DNA of 64,000 bases from Entomortierella parvispora E1425. Its lineage: Eukaryota; Fungi; Mortierellomycota. Of the stretch, positions 23,756-35,425 are shown piece after piece; the first letter of the stretch is position 1, and each line of letters opens with the position of its first letter. Under the pieces are notes generated by a model. It was not told where the DNA came from, ran no database searches, and saw only the letters and a program-made list of their open reading frames with translations. The stretch covers positions 1,612,001 to 1,676,000 of the forward strand of contig BQFW01000012.1 in the NCBI GenBank assembly GCA_020891255.1, read 5' to 3'. A program made the position numbers and the translations under genes.

Positions 23756-25221
23756 TTAAATGTACTGGGACATCCAGAGGAAACCATCGCCGTATCCCTG
23801 CTTCATGACAACAGAGCACATGAACACCTCAATAGGGCGCATGTCCTTCAATGGGACCTTGCCCTTTCCAGTGGTTTGGATCAAGCCGAGGGCAGAGCGG
23901 AGCTCTTCCTCAGAGACAGCGCCAGGGGCGTCAATCTTGTTTCCGAGGATCAAGAAAGGAACGCGCTCCAACTGCTGGATGGCAAGAAGAGCCTATAGGA
24001 CAGCACAGAAAGAAAGAAAAGAAAAAAATCAGAAAAACACTCCATGATAGACAACATCAACCATTGACATTGGAAATAACAAATCCATTCTATTTACATC
24101 CAACTCGGCCTTGGACTCGAAGAAACGCTCACGATCCTGAGTGTCGACCAAGAAAACAATTCCGTTGACCTCGGCAAAGTAATCCTTCCAGATGCGGCGA
24201 GCTACCATGGATCAAAGTAAAGGAAAGACAGTAAGTTTCCTCGTTCAAATACGGTATCAAACTTCCATGATCGAATCCGGATCGCGTCAACCCCTATCGA
24301 CCAAGCACATTCTACCGTACCTTGCTGATGTCCACCCAAATCAAATGTCGTGAACTTGACGTTGGCAATGGAAAGCTCCTCAGAGGCTAGAGAAAAAGAG
24401 TCGCAAACAAACACTTCACGTTAATAACAATTACATTGGCATCGTCGGGACCTGGGTACAATCACAACCCGATAACATCAGGGTAAAAAAATACAAGAGG
24501 CGGAGTGTGGCCCCTGCCCACTTGCACATGCTAAAAATTAATCCATCGCCGATGCTCTCACTCGCACACCACACAAGCACACGCACAACATACAGGACAA
24601 ACAACCTGTCCGGCAATCTCTGCGTAAAGCTGGACCGGAACACCAACATCCGTGCATGACAAAAAAATATTACGTACTGGGGTGAAGAGTGGGCTGGAGA
24701 GTCGCCAGGCGGTCGTTCTTCAACATATGAAGCAAAGTCGTCTTTCCGGCGTTGTCGAGTCCGAGAAAGAGGATCTTGGCGTTCTTGTTGAACAGACCTA
24801 TAGATTTACAATAAATAAGAAAAGATGTCAGTCAAGACCCCAAGACAAAAAACAGTTGTATTCATAAGGCTAGGGGGATCTCTCCAATTGATGCGAAAGA
24901 GATTAGCCAGAGAGCAGAAGGTTGATCTCGTAACCAATAGCAGGTCAGTGCGGCTTAATTCGCCAGACCGCGTCTTCATGATCGTCTTCAGATCAATGTC
25001 GACAAGTTGTAGAAAGCCCGACCTCCATCTTATCACAATAACAGCAAGTGGGTGGACGTTCGAGTTGATAGAAGAGTAGAATGTCAAGCAGGCGAATGCA
25101 CCCGGAGCGCAGGCGCAGGGGGTCGAACGCAGTGCAGGAGTGCAAACTAAGAGGCACGGGGTGGGAAGGATCACTCACCGAGGCTGGAAAGCACATCGCG
25201 GAACCAGTCAATGATAAACAT
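23756..25221 (-). CDS. SAR1: COPII small GTPase Sar1 (189 aa); exons 25179-25221, 24678-24797, 24321-24386, 24098-24201, 23756-23992
   Basis: [79 protein letters not shown]. Confidence 0.97.
24940..25040 (-). ncRNA. Putative box C/D snoRNA in SAR1 intron 1 with an 18S rRNA antisense guide
   Basis: Box C variant GTGATAA (25030-25036), D' CTGA (24988-24991), C' ATGAAGA (24973-24979), box D CTGA (24945-24948). The 14 nt before box D (CGAATTAAGCCGCA) pair with conserved 18S UGCGGCUUAAUUUG with one G-U. Box C is imperfect and no clear terminal stem is seen. Confidence 0.65.
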
Positions 25222-25552
25222 AATGGAGGTGATGTGGGGAGTGGAGGAAGAGGGGATGTAGGATGGGATGAAGAGACAAAGGGAACGAAGAAACGGAAAG
25301 GGAAAGGGAAAAGGACCATGCAACCAAAGAGAGGGGCACACAGGGCATGAAGAACAGGGCACATTCTGCGTACGTGAGTGCGGCCCCGTACGTGGGACGC
25401 GAAAAAATGACATGCTGAAATTCATTTCATTTTTTTTGGGTATTCTTTTTTTTTGTGTCTTTCTGTCTGGATGCAGGATGGTGGGGGTGTATGATATAGT
25501 TTCGTTTGGGGGGGACCTGAGCACACCTCGCTCTCTCCTTCTCTTTACTTTT

Positions 25553-28139
25553 TTAGGCATTCATGTTGCGCTTGGTCCAATGGTAGTAGTAGAGCAATGC
25601 ACAGGCGGGCTGGCCCAAGATCGTAAAAGACACCCAAAAGATCATGTTGCCCAGTCCCGACAATGGTCCTCGCCACTTGGCCAACGGCGCCGTGATCGCA
25701 ATCAGGGGGATTTGCAGGAACATTCCTGCAAAGGCGTAGCCGTAAATCATGTGCGTGGGCAGGCCAATCAAGACCTCGTGAAGGACCGCAGAGATGGTGA
25801 AAATCACAATGGAGGCTGTAATGGGCGAGTAACCGGCCGTGATCATGGGAAGGTAGACGTGGCGCTTGAAGAACGTGTACACTGGAATATTCCATGATTT
25901 CCAGTACACCTGCAAGGAGCCAGAGTTCCACCAGGCCAAATAAAATCGGCGATCTCCAAAGTAGAGTAACTAATTGCACGGTGGAAGAGCATGAGAAGAT
26001 ATTAGTTTCGTGGCCAGTGGCGCAACAATGACAGGCATCTGAAGTCCAAACACTGTCCTTACCTCAGAAAGAGCGTTGAAGCACGAATGGAAAAAGGTGT
26101 AAAACATTAAGAGCCAGATAATCACGCTGGTCGTGCTCAGCTTCAGGACACGTTCAAGGATTGTGGCAAACGCAAGCTCATCAAAAGCACGGACAGAATT
26201 CTGGAGGGTGGGTGTGGCATACTGCTCAATCAAAAAGTACTAAGATCAAAGATAAAGCAGGAGACGTTAGGAGGTGTCTCAACGAGTCTTGATCACGCCA
26301 CAAACAAAATGAATTAAACAAGTTACCATCATGCCAAGGCAGGTGACAATCTCAAGAACACGTTTCATAAAGAACGACTTGCGGAACACAGTCGTACGAG
26401 GATAAGAAGGTTGATAGCAGAGTGTGGGCGCGAACCAAAAGTAGCCAATGTTCTTTGGTGTGATGTTGTCCGGGTATTGAATGTCGTATTGATACATCTC
26501 TTTCTTGCTCGTCGTCTTTCCGTCCGCGTCGTGGACTTTGGTCAAATGTTGGAACTGATCCGCAGGGAGGTCAAAAATGTAAGCGGCACGAAGATCCTGG
26601 TTCACGAGCGCAAAGGAGGTCAACTTGAGGAAGAGAATGCAGCCGTTCAAAAGACAAGACATGGCCATGAAAGGATGGAAGATCATGTAGTAGGACATGA
26701 ATGATGGCCAAGAGATCACCGTGAGCAAATTGAAGAAATGGAGCCAGCCAACAGTCTTCTGAGTTGCCCTCGCAATAGCCTCTGTGCTGCGAGCGGCTTT
26801 GAGTTGAGCCTTGGGGTCCTTGTCTTCTCCGGCGGCAACAGCCTTGGATGGGGTGTTGATGTCCTCATCCCGACGCTTTCTGAACCCAATCGAGCGCTTC
26901 ATAGCCCATTTCTCCAGCTGATAAGCAACGATGACGTTTAGCGGGAGGAGTGCGTGGGTAAGAGCAGTCAAGATCCAATCCTCCTTTGAGACTTTTGATC
27001 CTGGGAATGACAGCAAAAAGCCGTACTTTAGGTAGTTTTCGATGATGAGGCGAACATTGTTGCCAAACAACAAGAGCACTAAGAAGTACGAGAAACGGGA
27101 AAATATCATTGTCAAAACATGCCGGGCATGGCGATCACACACATGCAGACAAGATAAAGAAAAAGATGACACCCGGTCGGCTCGAGGCTCGACCACACCG
27201 CACCGATGATTGTGATTCGCTTCGATTTGAGGTAATGTGCGCACAAGCCATGTCCAGTCGGGCGAATGTGCTTCCCCTCACTGCCCCCGCCCGCTCTGCC
27301 AGTCTGGAGAAGGAGAGATAAGCGCGACTCCGACATTCTCTCTTTAGTCATGCCAAATACCCCTCATCTCCGCCGCCGCCACATGCACATGCTGCCAGCC
27401 TGGGAACGGCGTGCGCACATGTTTGCTTTTCTGGGAGCTCTGACACGGGCCACAACCGCGCTCCCTCGTTCATTCACTTTTGCGGATGCATTCTCAAGCC
27501 AATCACAAGGAGCACGTTTATCATCACCACCAGCCCTTTCTTTCTTGCTTCAGAGAAGCGGGTCTCACTGAGAATCTCTTGCTTGCAAGGTTCTTTGCTC
27601 CCTTTGAAGAAGAAAGTCAAGTCTTGTGTTTTGGGGGAGTAAAGAGAACACCACCCCCTTGCACGACGGTGAGATGCATCCTCTGATCAGGTCAGTTGAG
27701 TGGTCACTGTTATTGTTGTTGTTGTTGCTGTCGTTGTGTTGTTGTTGTGATGTGGGCTGTCCAACCGCGGTTGTCCTTGGCCATTGTTCTCTCTGACTTT
27801 CTCAAGGACCGAAAGCAATTGCACCCTCCTCCCCTCTCTTCTTCTCAACATACGGCTCCCAAGCAACACACGTTCCTCTTAATGTCGGAAAAAAACACGA
27901 TAAAACTTACTGCCCAAGTTTACGAATCCTCGGTAGCTCTCTGGGGGGGCCTCCTTGGAGAGCGGGCTGGGTACGGTCCGGGTGTGGACAGGGAACGTGT
28001 GACTATAGGAGGATCCGGTCTTTTTGGAACTCTGGAGATCCTCCATGGTGGGAGCAATGTCGGGTAGGGCATTGGCAGCACTTGCGTTGATGCCCTCCTG
28101 CTCATTCGATCGAGTCGTCGAAGTTGCCGACGCTGTCAT
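25553..28139 (-). CDS. DGAT1: Diacylglycerol O-acyltransferase, DGAT1-type MBOAT; exons 27911-28139, 26327-27078, 26063-26239, 25553-25969
   Basis: HTRTVPSPLSKEAPPESYRGFVNLG-MLLLFGNNVRLIIENYLKYG, YFWFAPTLCYQPSYPRT, FGDRRFYLAWWN, WNIPVYTFFKRHVY, SAVLHE (MBOAT His). Separation from the sterol acyltransferase (ARE/ACAT) subfamily rests on motif recall. Confidence 0.85.
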
Positions 28140-29414
28140 GGTGGTGTCTGTAGGTTTTTTTTTTTTTTGTTCTTTTCGAGTTCTTGATGAATTTGTTTGT
28201 GGGTTTCGAATCTAGGAGAAATGTGTCAATGAATCAATGAATGTGCGTGAGAAACGAATTTGGAGAAAACAAATGGTAAAGATGGATGGATGGATGAGTT
28301 TGTGATTCCATAAAACGACAAAAAAAAACATCGAGAGACGGTCAAACGCCTTGTCGAGATAGATGAAGTCCGGATAGAGCAAGGAGAACTCGATCGACCA
28401 GTACCTGGAGGAGAAGGCGTCCAGGAGGAAGGTATCTTTTGGCAAACAGACGCGAGGGAAATGGGCAATTGAAGGGAGGTGGTAGAAGAAGAAGAATGAT
28501 GGAGAAAGAAGAAAGAAAGAAAGAAAAAGAAGAGGCAACTTCGATGCTCCTCCTGCTCAATCAACCTCCTCCACAGAGACACATGGGCCGCGACTGCGAT
28601 CCCATGTCTGGGCCTTGTCAAAAATTCCGCTCAGACCTTCTTTCTGCTTGATTCATTCTTAGGCTTGCTGAATCCTGAACGTTCTTTGTCAGACTCAAGT
28701 GGACGGGCTTGCGTTTGCATGCCCTGAGTTGGCGGTGGCTATTTTTCACCATCTTTTGCTCTCTTTGATTTTTGCTCTGAATGAGTTGATGGCATTCTCA
28801 TAATTCCAGAGGCAAGGTAGGCACATGAGAACTACATACAGGCCTCCAGAAGAGCAAAACGTAAAACAAATATCAACATCCATGGAGAGCAAAAAAGTAA
28901 AATAAAAAAAAGGGATTGAGCGAGTCTGATCCGTCAGCGACCGGTGAGCAAATACAAAAATTCATGAACCAGGCGAAGCAACCGAGAGAGCAACTGGTTT
29001 TTTGATAATGATTCAAACAGGGCAAAGAGAGAAAAACGGGGAAGGAAAAGCATGTGAGGACATGATTTTCTTTCAACCCTCTCCATCTTGAAGGACATAA
29101 TTAAACTGCTGTGGCACGTTCAAGGAAATTGTTCTTTGACTGGCATGTGCGAGAGCCTGAAGGAATTCCCAAGATCTACATCTTCATGCGCTGACACTAT
29201 CCAAACATGGAAGGTCCCGACATATCGTTTCAGAGATATCGCCTTTTTTTCACTTGAACATTTTCTTTAATCCGTGCATGAAGGTGAGGTGAATATTGTG
29301 GTGAATGTCCAAGGGCAGAAACAATTAGCAATGAAAGATTAGACTGAAGTAGACAAGAGTAGAAGTTGACGCGTCTTGCAGATACGAGCAAAAGTTAGGG
29401 ATAGAGATCGTTCC

Positions 29415-30521
29415 TCAATCAATAACCGTCCATCCGATTGCGTAGGCTGCAATCAGCATCGCCAACAGCAGTAGCATCTCGATCGAGCCGAGAACCATGT
29501 CAATGATGCGATTCTCAATCAGCATCATCAGACTCGCCCAGAACACTGCGACGGAGAGCTAAATTTGTCATCATGACCAAAAATAAAGGCATATATGAGA
29601 TTTTACAGCTCCCATTGTAGAAAAGTCCGAGATTCAGGAAGACGGGTCAGCACTTACGTAGACCCAAACAAGGATAAGCATAGCGATACCAGATCCAAGG
29701 CCTAACAGAGATGAAGCAAAAGCATCGCGTTTGTCAACAGCCATCGTTCGCGAAAGCAAGACGTGTCGTGCGTCGCAACAAGGAGGACCAGGCTTACCAA
29801 AGGTGTTCACGGTCACAACCAGCAGTAACATCAAAGTCAGGTCGCGAACCAAATCGTAGGCTCTGTCAACACGCTCGCGCTATATCATGAACAGAACGTT
29901 TGCGTTCCCGCTTTCGTTGGTCAACATAAGACTCCAAGGAGAACAACCACTCGATCTCTATCCGCCGACTTACAACGTTCTCCACAGCCCGATCAAAGGA
30001 TCCCTGTCTAGGCGGAGCGGCGGGAGTGGTGGTGGGAACTGGCTGTGCAATGTTGATATCTTCACTTCCTGCTCCTTGATTTCCATCCAAGACAGGAGGA
30101 GGCAGAGCGAAGCCGAAGGGACCGTTGACAGTTGCTGCAGCAGTACCGCTGTCGTGCACACTTTGCACGTCGCTCATATTGTTTGCAACCGTAACAGACG
30201 CGGTTTGTCGAGCTCCCGCCACTCGGGCAGCACCAAAGGTCTGTTTGACAAAACTTTGGTTTGGATGTTAATAAGCGGTGCGCGATGACACCAACAAATG
30301 AACAGGGTTGCCCTTCATGGCTCTCCGTGTGATACTTACAACAGAAGGGCCCAGAGGAGCCAAAGAACCCAGAGTGCGATCCAGGTGTCGCGGACAGACT
30401 GACGGCCAAAGTATCGAGTAGCAAGGTCGACGTGACCAGCAGTAGGGATACCATGGGGGATACCGCTGATGAAAGGAGAACCACCGGCGCTGGGGACAGG
30501 GTTCAGAGGAGGGCCGACCAT
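29415..30521 (-). CDS. Uncharacterised multi-pass membrane protein (243 aa); exons 30340-30521, 29974-30253, 29798-29879, 29658-29701, 29415-29558
   Basis: All four introns have GTAAG donors and phase-consistent AG acceptors. Spliced product has hydrophobic segments DTWIALWVLWLLWALLFFV, LVRDLTLMLLLVVTVNTFG, GIAMLILVWVYLSVAVFWASLMML, IIDMVLGSIEMLLLLAMLIAAYAIGW. Confidence 0.8.
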
Positions 30522-30762
30522 GGTTTGTAGCTGGCGGTGCAGATGATGATGGAGGTGGAAAGGAATACCGAGGAGAGAAGAGGAGAGAAGAGAAGAGAAA
30601 GAAGGAAGAGAATACACAAGGCCATGACATACTCACACACATCCACATGCACATCTCCCATCCCATCAGCGACACCCAGCTGGCAACGGACAGGCGGCCT
30701 CTTTGATCAGTCAAATGGTGTGTCTGGGAGATAGTTTATTTTGGTTCGCAGTGACAAGGGGC

Positions 30763-33700
30763 TCAGTACCTTGTGCGCTTCGATCTACGTCGTGATCCTC
30801 TGCCGAGTCGCTCCTCCCCGTCATCCTCGTCATTCTCTTCTTCCACCACCGCATCTTCATCCTCGTCGTCGTCCTCGCCGTCGTCCTCCATCGCCTTCAG
30901 ATCATCCTTGTATGAGATTGGCTGCGATCCTCTGGCTCGAAGAGATCGGCCTCCGACGTTACTAAACTGCATCTCAGTCTGTGGATTACAAAGAAAGGGC
31001 TGTTAGCGACATCTGTCATCCGTCATGGTCAACAGAGATAAAACAAATACATGGAGGGATCGAGCTGCTTACCTCTTGGTGCGGTTTGCGATGACGGCTG
31101 CGATTCTTTGCGTCGGATTCATTGGCGCGGTGCTGGGCCTTTTTATAGTGCTGAGTCTTGTGGCCTCCCGCTTCCTCTGCTTCATCATCATCATGCTCCT
31201 GCTCGTCCTCTTCATCCTCGTCCTCATCTTCATCATCATGTTCGTCCTGGTCCGCGTCATCGTCCTCGTGCTCCTTCTCCCGATCAGAACGGTTCTCGTC
31301 TTCGTCGTCGTCTTCATCGTCTTCTGGCTCGTCGACCTTGTTTGCAATCACCGTCAGACAGTCGTCAAGCCAAGCATGGAGGGCACCATAAGTCCTGACG
31401 CTCTTCAACATGGTCTCAATATGACATGCCCGCAACCAAGCTAAGAGTCGAGCGTTCACAGTCACAGGCACTGAGCAAGGGACACGGCCGAGACCATCCA
31501 CCTCTGCAGGCATCTCCTCGACCACATCCACGTCCATTGCGGCATCTGTAGTCTCTGCAGTGGCAAGTGGAGTCTCAACGACGACTGCTTCAGTCATTTC
31601 TTTCTCCTCTGGTTCATCCATGGCCAACAGGCATTGTTGCAAAACTCGGACAGTGGCGTCAAGTCGACTTTCTGGGGTATGCACCAGGGACGCATGGATG
31701 GCCTTTAAGATCACGTTGTCCTCGGTGTCGCAGATGGTTTTCGAAAGCTCGTGAAGCCGCTCCTCCGCTGCCTGGACCAAGCTGCTGTAGTATTCTGAAC
31801 GCGTAGGGCCGGATTCTTCGTCACGAACCGCGCGCAGGAAGGTCGCGAGAGTGCTGTCGTCCTCTTCAATGGACTCTTCCGCCTCATGACCGTCTGATCG
31901 ACCATCCTCCATGGGCTCGTCCTGATCTCCAGAGGTCGATTCCGTTGTCGTAGGCAAGTCAAAGTCCATACCATGTCTATCGTCGCCTGTGGAAAGGACC
32001 ATTTCAGTAGCTGCAATATTGGCCATCTCTTGGCGGCTTTTTCTTCCCCTCTTCTTCTTTAGCGCTATCAAATCGTGTTCACTAAGGAGCTGACCGACTG
32101 TTGCCGAGGATGTCGTCGACTTTTCGCGGCGAACAACAACCTCGCGTCCAACCCAAGAAGGAACCTGTTTAAAGCTGGCCTCGATCTCCTTTCTCATGGT
32201 GACCAGAGACGCCTTGAGATATTTCTCACGAACACCCTTCGAGTTTAGAGCACGAATCAGCGATGCGAGCTCTTTGCTGGTGGAAATCAACCCCCAGGTA
32301 TGTGCCTGCCCATAGTCGAGCAGGTCTTTTGGTGGGGAGGGCTTTTCGGGCTCTGAAAATGGCGATGATTCTTCGGCAGGGGGTGTGTTACTCGAGAGCA
32401 AATTGTTGATAGACATTATCTCCTTTGTCGATTGAGTCTTTTGTCCAGTCAGCTCTGGCTTTGCCATGGATTTCATACGCTCCGTGACATCCGCCATGGT
32501 GGCATCGTTGGATTCCTCGGACTTTGGTTTCGTCTCATCCGATGTATCGGTCTCGTCCACGACAGTGTCCTCGATCTTGGGTCCAAGCTGCTTTCTGTCT
32601 TCGACGATAATGCCGCCAAATTGTCTCCAGAACCAATACTTGCGACCCCAGCGATCGTTGCCTAGACAAATCACCCGCAACTTTTCGTCGCCGTTCACCG
32701 CTTGACCGCCTCTCAACTGGGACAATGGGATATTGTGTTCCTTCTGAAGTTCATTGTCGTCCAAGGAAATGTTATCAAGCTCCTCCTTCTTGATTTCCCA
32801 GGCAGACTCCTTTATCTTGAGATCATTCGCCAAAGCCTTCTGTTGATTCAAGAGATCGTTTGCCTTGTTCCGCGCGTCCTTGGCAAGAGCAAGTCTCTGC
32901 AGCCGCGATGATGAAGAGATGCGGCTCCCTGCAACATCCTCCTCTGGATTGTTACCCTCTCTTTCGGTGGTCAAGATTGCTTGCCGTTGAGTCTCGAGCT
33001 GAGCTGCCTCGTACTCGATCGTACGCATCTCCCTCTCCAAGTCATGAGTCTGAGTTTCCAGCTCCTTGCGCACCTCGGCACGTTTTCGCTTGTGCCGCTT
33101 CAGAGACGTGATGTTCTCCTCAACCTCATTCCGCATGAACCTATGGAACCGATCCGAGGATGTGATATCGTGCAGGGCCTTCACGAGCGCCTCAATCCTG
33201 TCTGAAACCGTAAACACAGAGTACTCTGTGGTAGCCAAGCGAACTTGAGGCACAATCTTCCTTTTGGCAGAAACGCTGGACAGCTTGTTTTTCTTTTCCT
33301 CCTTCTTGTCTTCCAGAGTAGCAGGTCCAACAGCGAGGAAGTAAGGAAAGTTGAAGTAGTTGATCGCTGGAGATTTTCCTTCCTCATAGGCGGCGGTGAT
33401 CATTTTGCAATTGAGATCCAAAAGTCGATTGTCCACACGAGGATTCCTGATCATTCCGAGCAGAGCATCTATATCAAAAAATTATTAAAAATAAATGTGA
33501 GATTACTGCATGACAACTGGTGACAGGCAAAAGGCCGGGTCATAACCAACAGATGGTCACATACCATAGGTAATCCACTCTCCAGAATCTTTTGTCAATC
33601 CCAATGGAGATCCGAACGTATTGATGAATTCATGGACCATCTTGACGTCGGCCAGCATATCCATGTCCAAATCCTGACGATGAAGATCGAGTTTGCTGAC

Positions 33701-34941
33701 GGAGGGCAATTTGGAACTCCTCATGATCAGACCCTCCAAGAGATCTTCGTAAGGAGCGCGACCCGTCAACTTTGGCAACTCCTTCAAAAGGTTGCCGAAC
33801 CGCTTATCCTCTTCGACAGATGCTGCCGCCATATTTGCAAAATAGCTGTCAGCCTTGGATGGGTCCAGCTTGTCGAATTGGAGACACGATTGTTTGAAGG
33901 GCTAAAGTGAGCATTCGCCAGGCGCATAAAATGGTTAGTTACGATGAAAAGCAGTGCCTGAATCTTGGAAATATACAAAAAAATGTCTCCCGATTCTTAC
34001 AGTCTTGGCTGAGGCGTTGGTAGATGCCACGGCATTCTCCTCAAGTGGCTGCTCCTGTTTTCAGAATAGAGACAAGTAATACAATGGTCAGCGATGAAAC
34101 ATCTATTCTTCTACTAATCGCCTCTGGAAGGAAGTCATTTCTTTACCTCGACATGTTGACCCAATGCACCTTTAGGGGTTGACACAGTTGATCTGTCAAA
34201 GAAACTAAGAATAGATCGATCCGATTTGTTGCTAGGCGCTGCTGCTGCTGCAGACGATGTTGGTGCCGTTGACGGGTTACCGGGAGATGAAGCATCCTCA
34301 TTGTTCTTATCAGCTGTCTTCTTTTGCTTTGTTTCCTTCGGCTGCTTGGGCTGCTTGGATGGCTTGGGCTGCTTAGACTCGTTGGCAGTCTTCTCCTTTG
34401 GCACTTTGGGTGTCTTTGACTTCATGCTACCGGTATCTGATTCGCCTGCATCGGGCTTGGCCTTGGGTTTACGTCCTCTCTTTCCTTTGGTAGGAGCGTC
34501 CTCGACGGGCTGTTCTGGCGAAGGATCCCCGTCTTTGTCGCCAATGGATGTTGCTGGATCCTGATGCGGCTTATCTATGTCCATCCCTTCGAGTTCTGCG
34601 TTCGAGCTCACTTCAGAACCCTCCCGAGGGGATGGTTCGTCCTTGGTATCGATCTGATGATGCGACACATCCAAACCAGTGCCAGTCTGATCCCCAGCAG
34701 TTGAGGAAGAAGAAGAAGGGTCTATACGATTGGAACCGTGGGCGTTCGAGAGCCAAGAGGAAAGGAGAGAATTTTGGGCACCACCCGAAGGAACTTTGCC
34801 CGAGGCACGGGGGTTTCTCTGGGTGGGGTGACTGGGGTTGCTGCCTTTGAGGGGATGGTCCGATGCCAAGGTGGGCATGGGATGTCGCACCTTGCCACCA
34901 GAAGGGCCATGGCTAGAGAGCGAGTCCGTAGGCACAGTCAT
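30763..34941 (-). CDS. DDT-WHIM1-WSD(WHIM2/3) chromatin-remodelling accessory protein (ISWI partner, Itc1/Ioc3/BAZ-like); exons ~34147-34941, 34001-34054, 33565-33901, 31073-33468, 30763-30978
   Basis: DDT-like MLADVKMVHEFINTFGSPLGL; WHIM1-like YSVFTVSDRIEALVKALHD; WHIM2 CLGNDRWGRKYWFW; WHIM3 WGLISTSKELASLIRALNSKGVREKYL; KRGRK AT-hook-like motifs; acidic C-terminal tract. Start codon uncertain. Confidence 0.78.
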
Positions 34942-35425
34942 GGAAGGTGCGCCTAGTTTTTGTCGAGGGGGTGGGGCCACTTTGGTCGTGTGGAATCAGA
35001 GACTCGAGGTGACAAAAAGATGGCACGATGACACAATCGGAAAGCGGGGGTGATGGCAAGATGTGGATTTGCAGGAAATGCAGAGGGATGGGATGGAAAG
35101 AAGAGGGGGGAAAGAAAATAAAAACAAGTGGCGATAGAAGAAAGTCATTTTTATTGAATTTCGAGACTCTCGACGCGTCGTGTTCATGGAAAAAAAAGAC
35201 GGTCACGATGTGTTATTAAATAGTATACAGGGGAGTGGGGAGGCAGTGGCAATTCGATCATTCAGTCTATGGTCTGCCGGTCTAGAGTGGAGGAGGATGT
35301 GGGCGGAAACTGTGTATCAAGAAATGCAAATGCAGAGAGATGACCAAGGAACTAGGAAGGGGGTCAAGGGGAATAGAAAACAGGCAAGGGCAAAAAAGAA
35401 ATGAAGAACAGACATCCTGCTTGCT

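Noticed and set aside
24949-24962. Guide read as a bacterial/organellar 16S-like fragment (TGCGGCTTAATTCG)
   Set aside because: Only 14 nt, flanked by snoRNA boxes in a spliceosomal intron; G-U pairing with the host 18S is the simpler explanation.
27521-27527. Perfect box C (GTGATGA, minus strand) in the long DGAT1 intron 1
   Set aside because: No CTGA box D within a plausible distance downstream.
28330-28450. Coding-like C3-rich stretch upstream of DGAT1 (FLLDAFSSRYWSIEF...)
   Set aside because: No ATG and no supportable splice path into DGAT1; probably 5' UTR.
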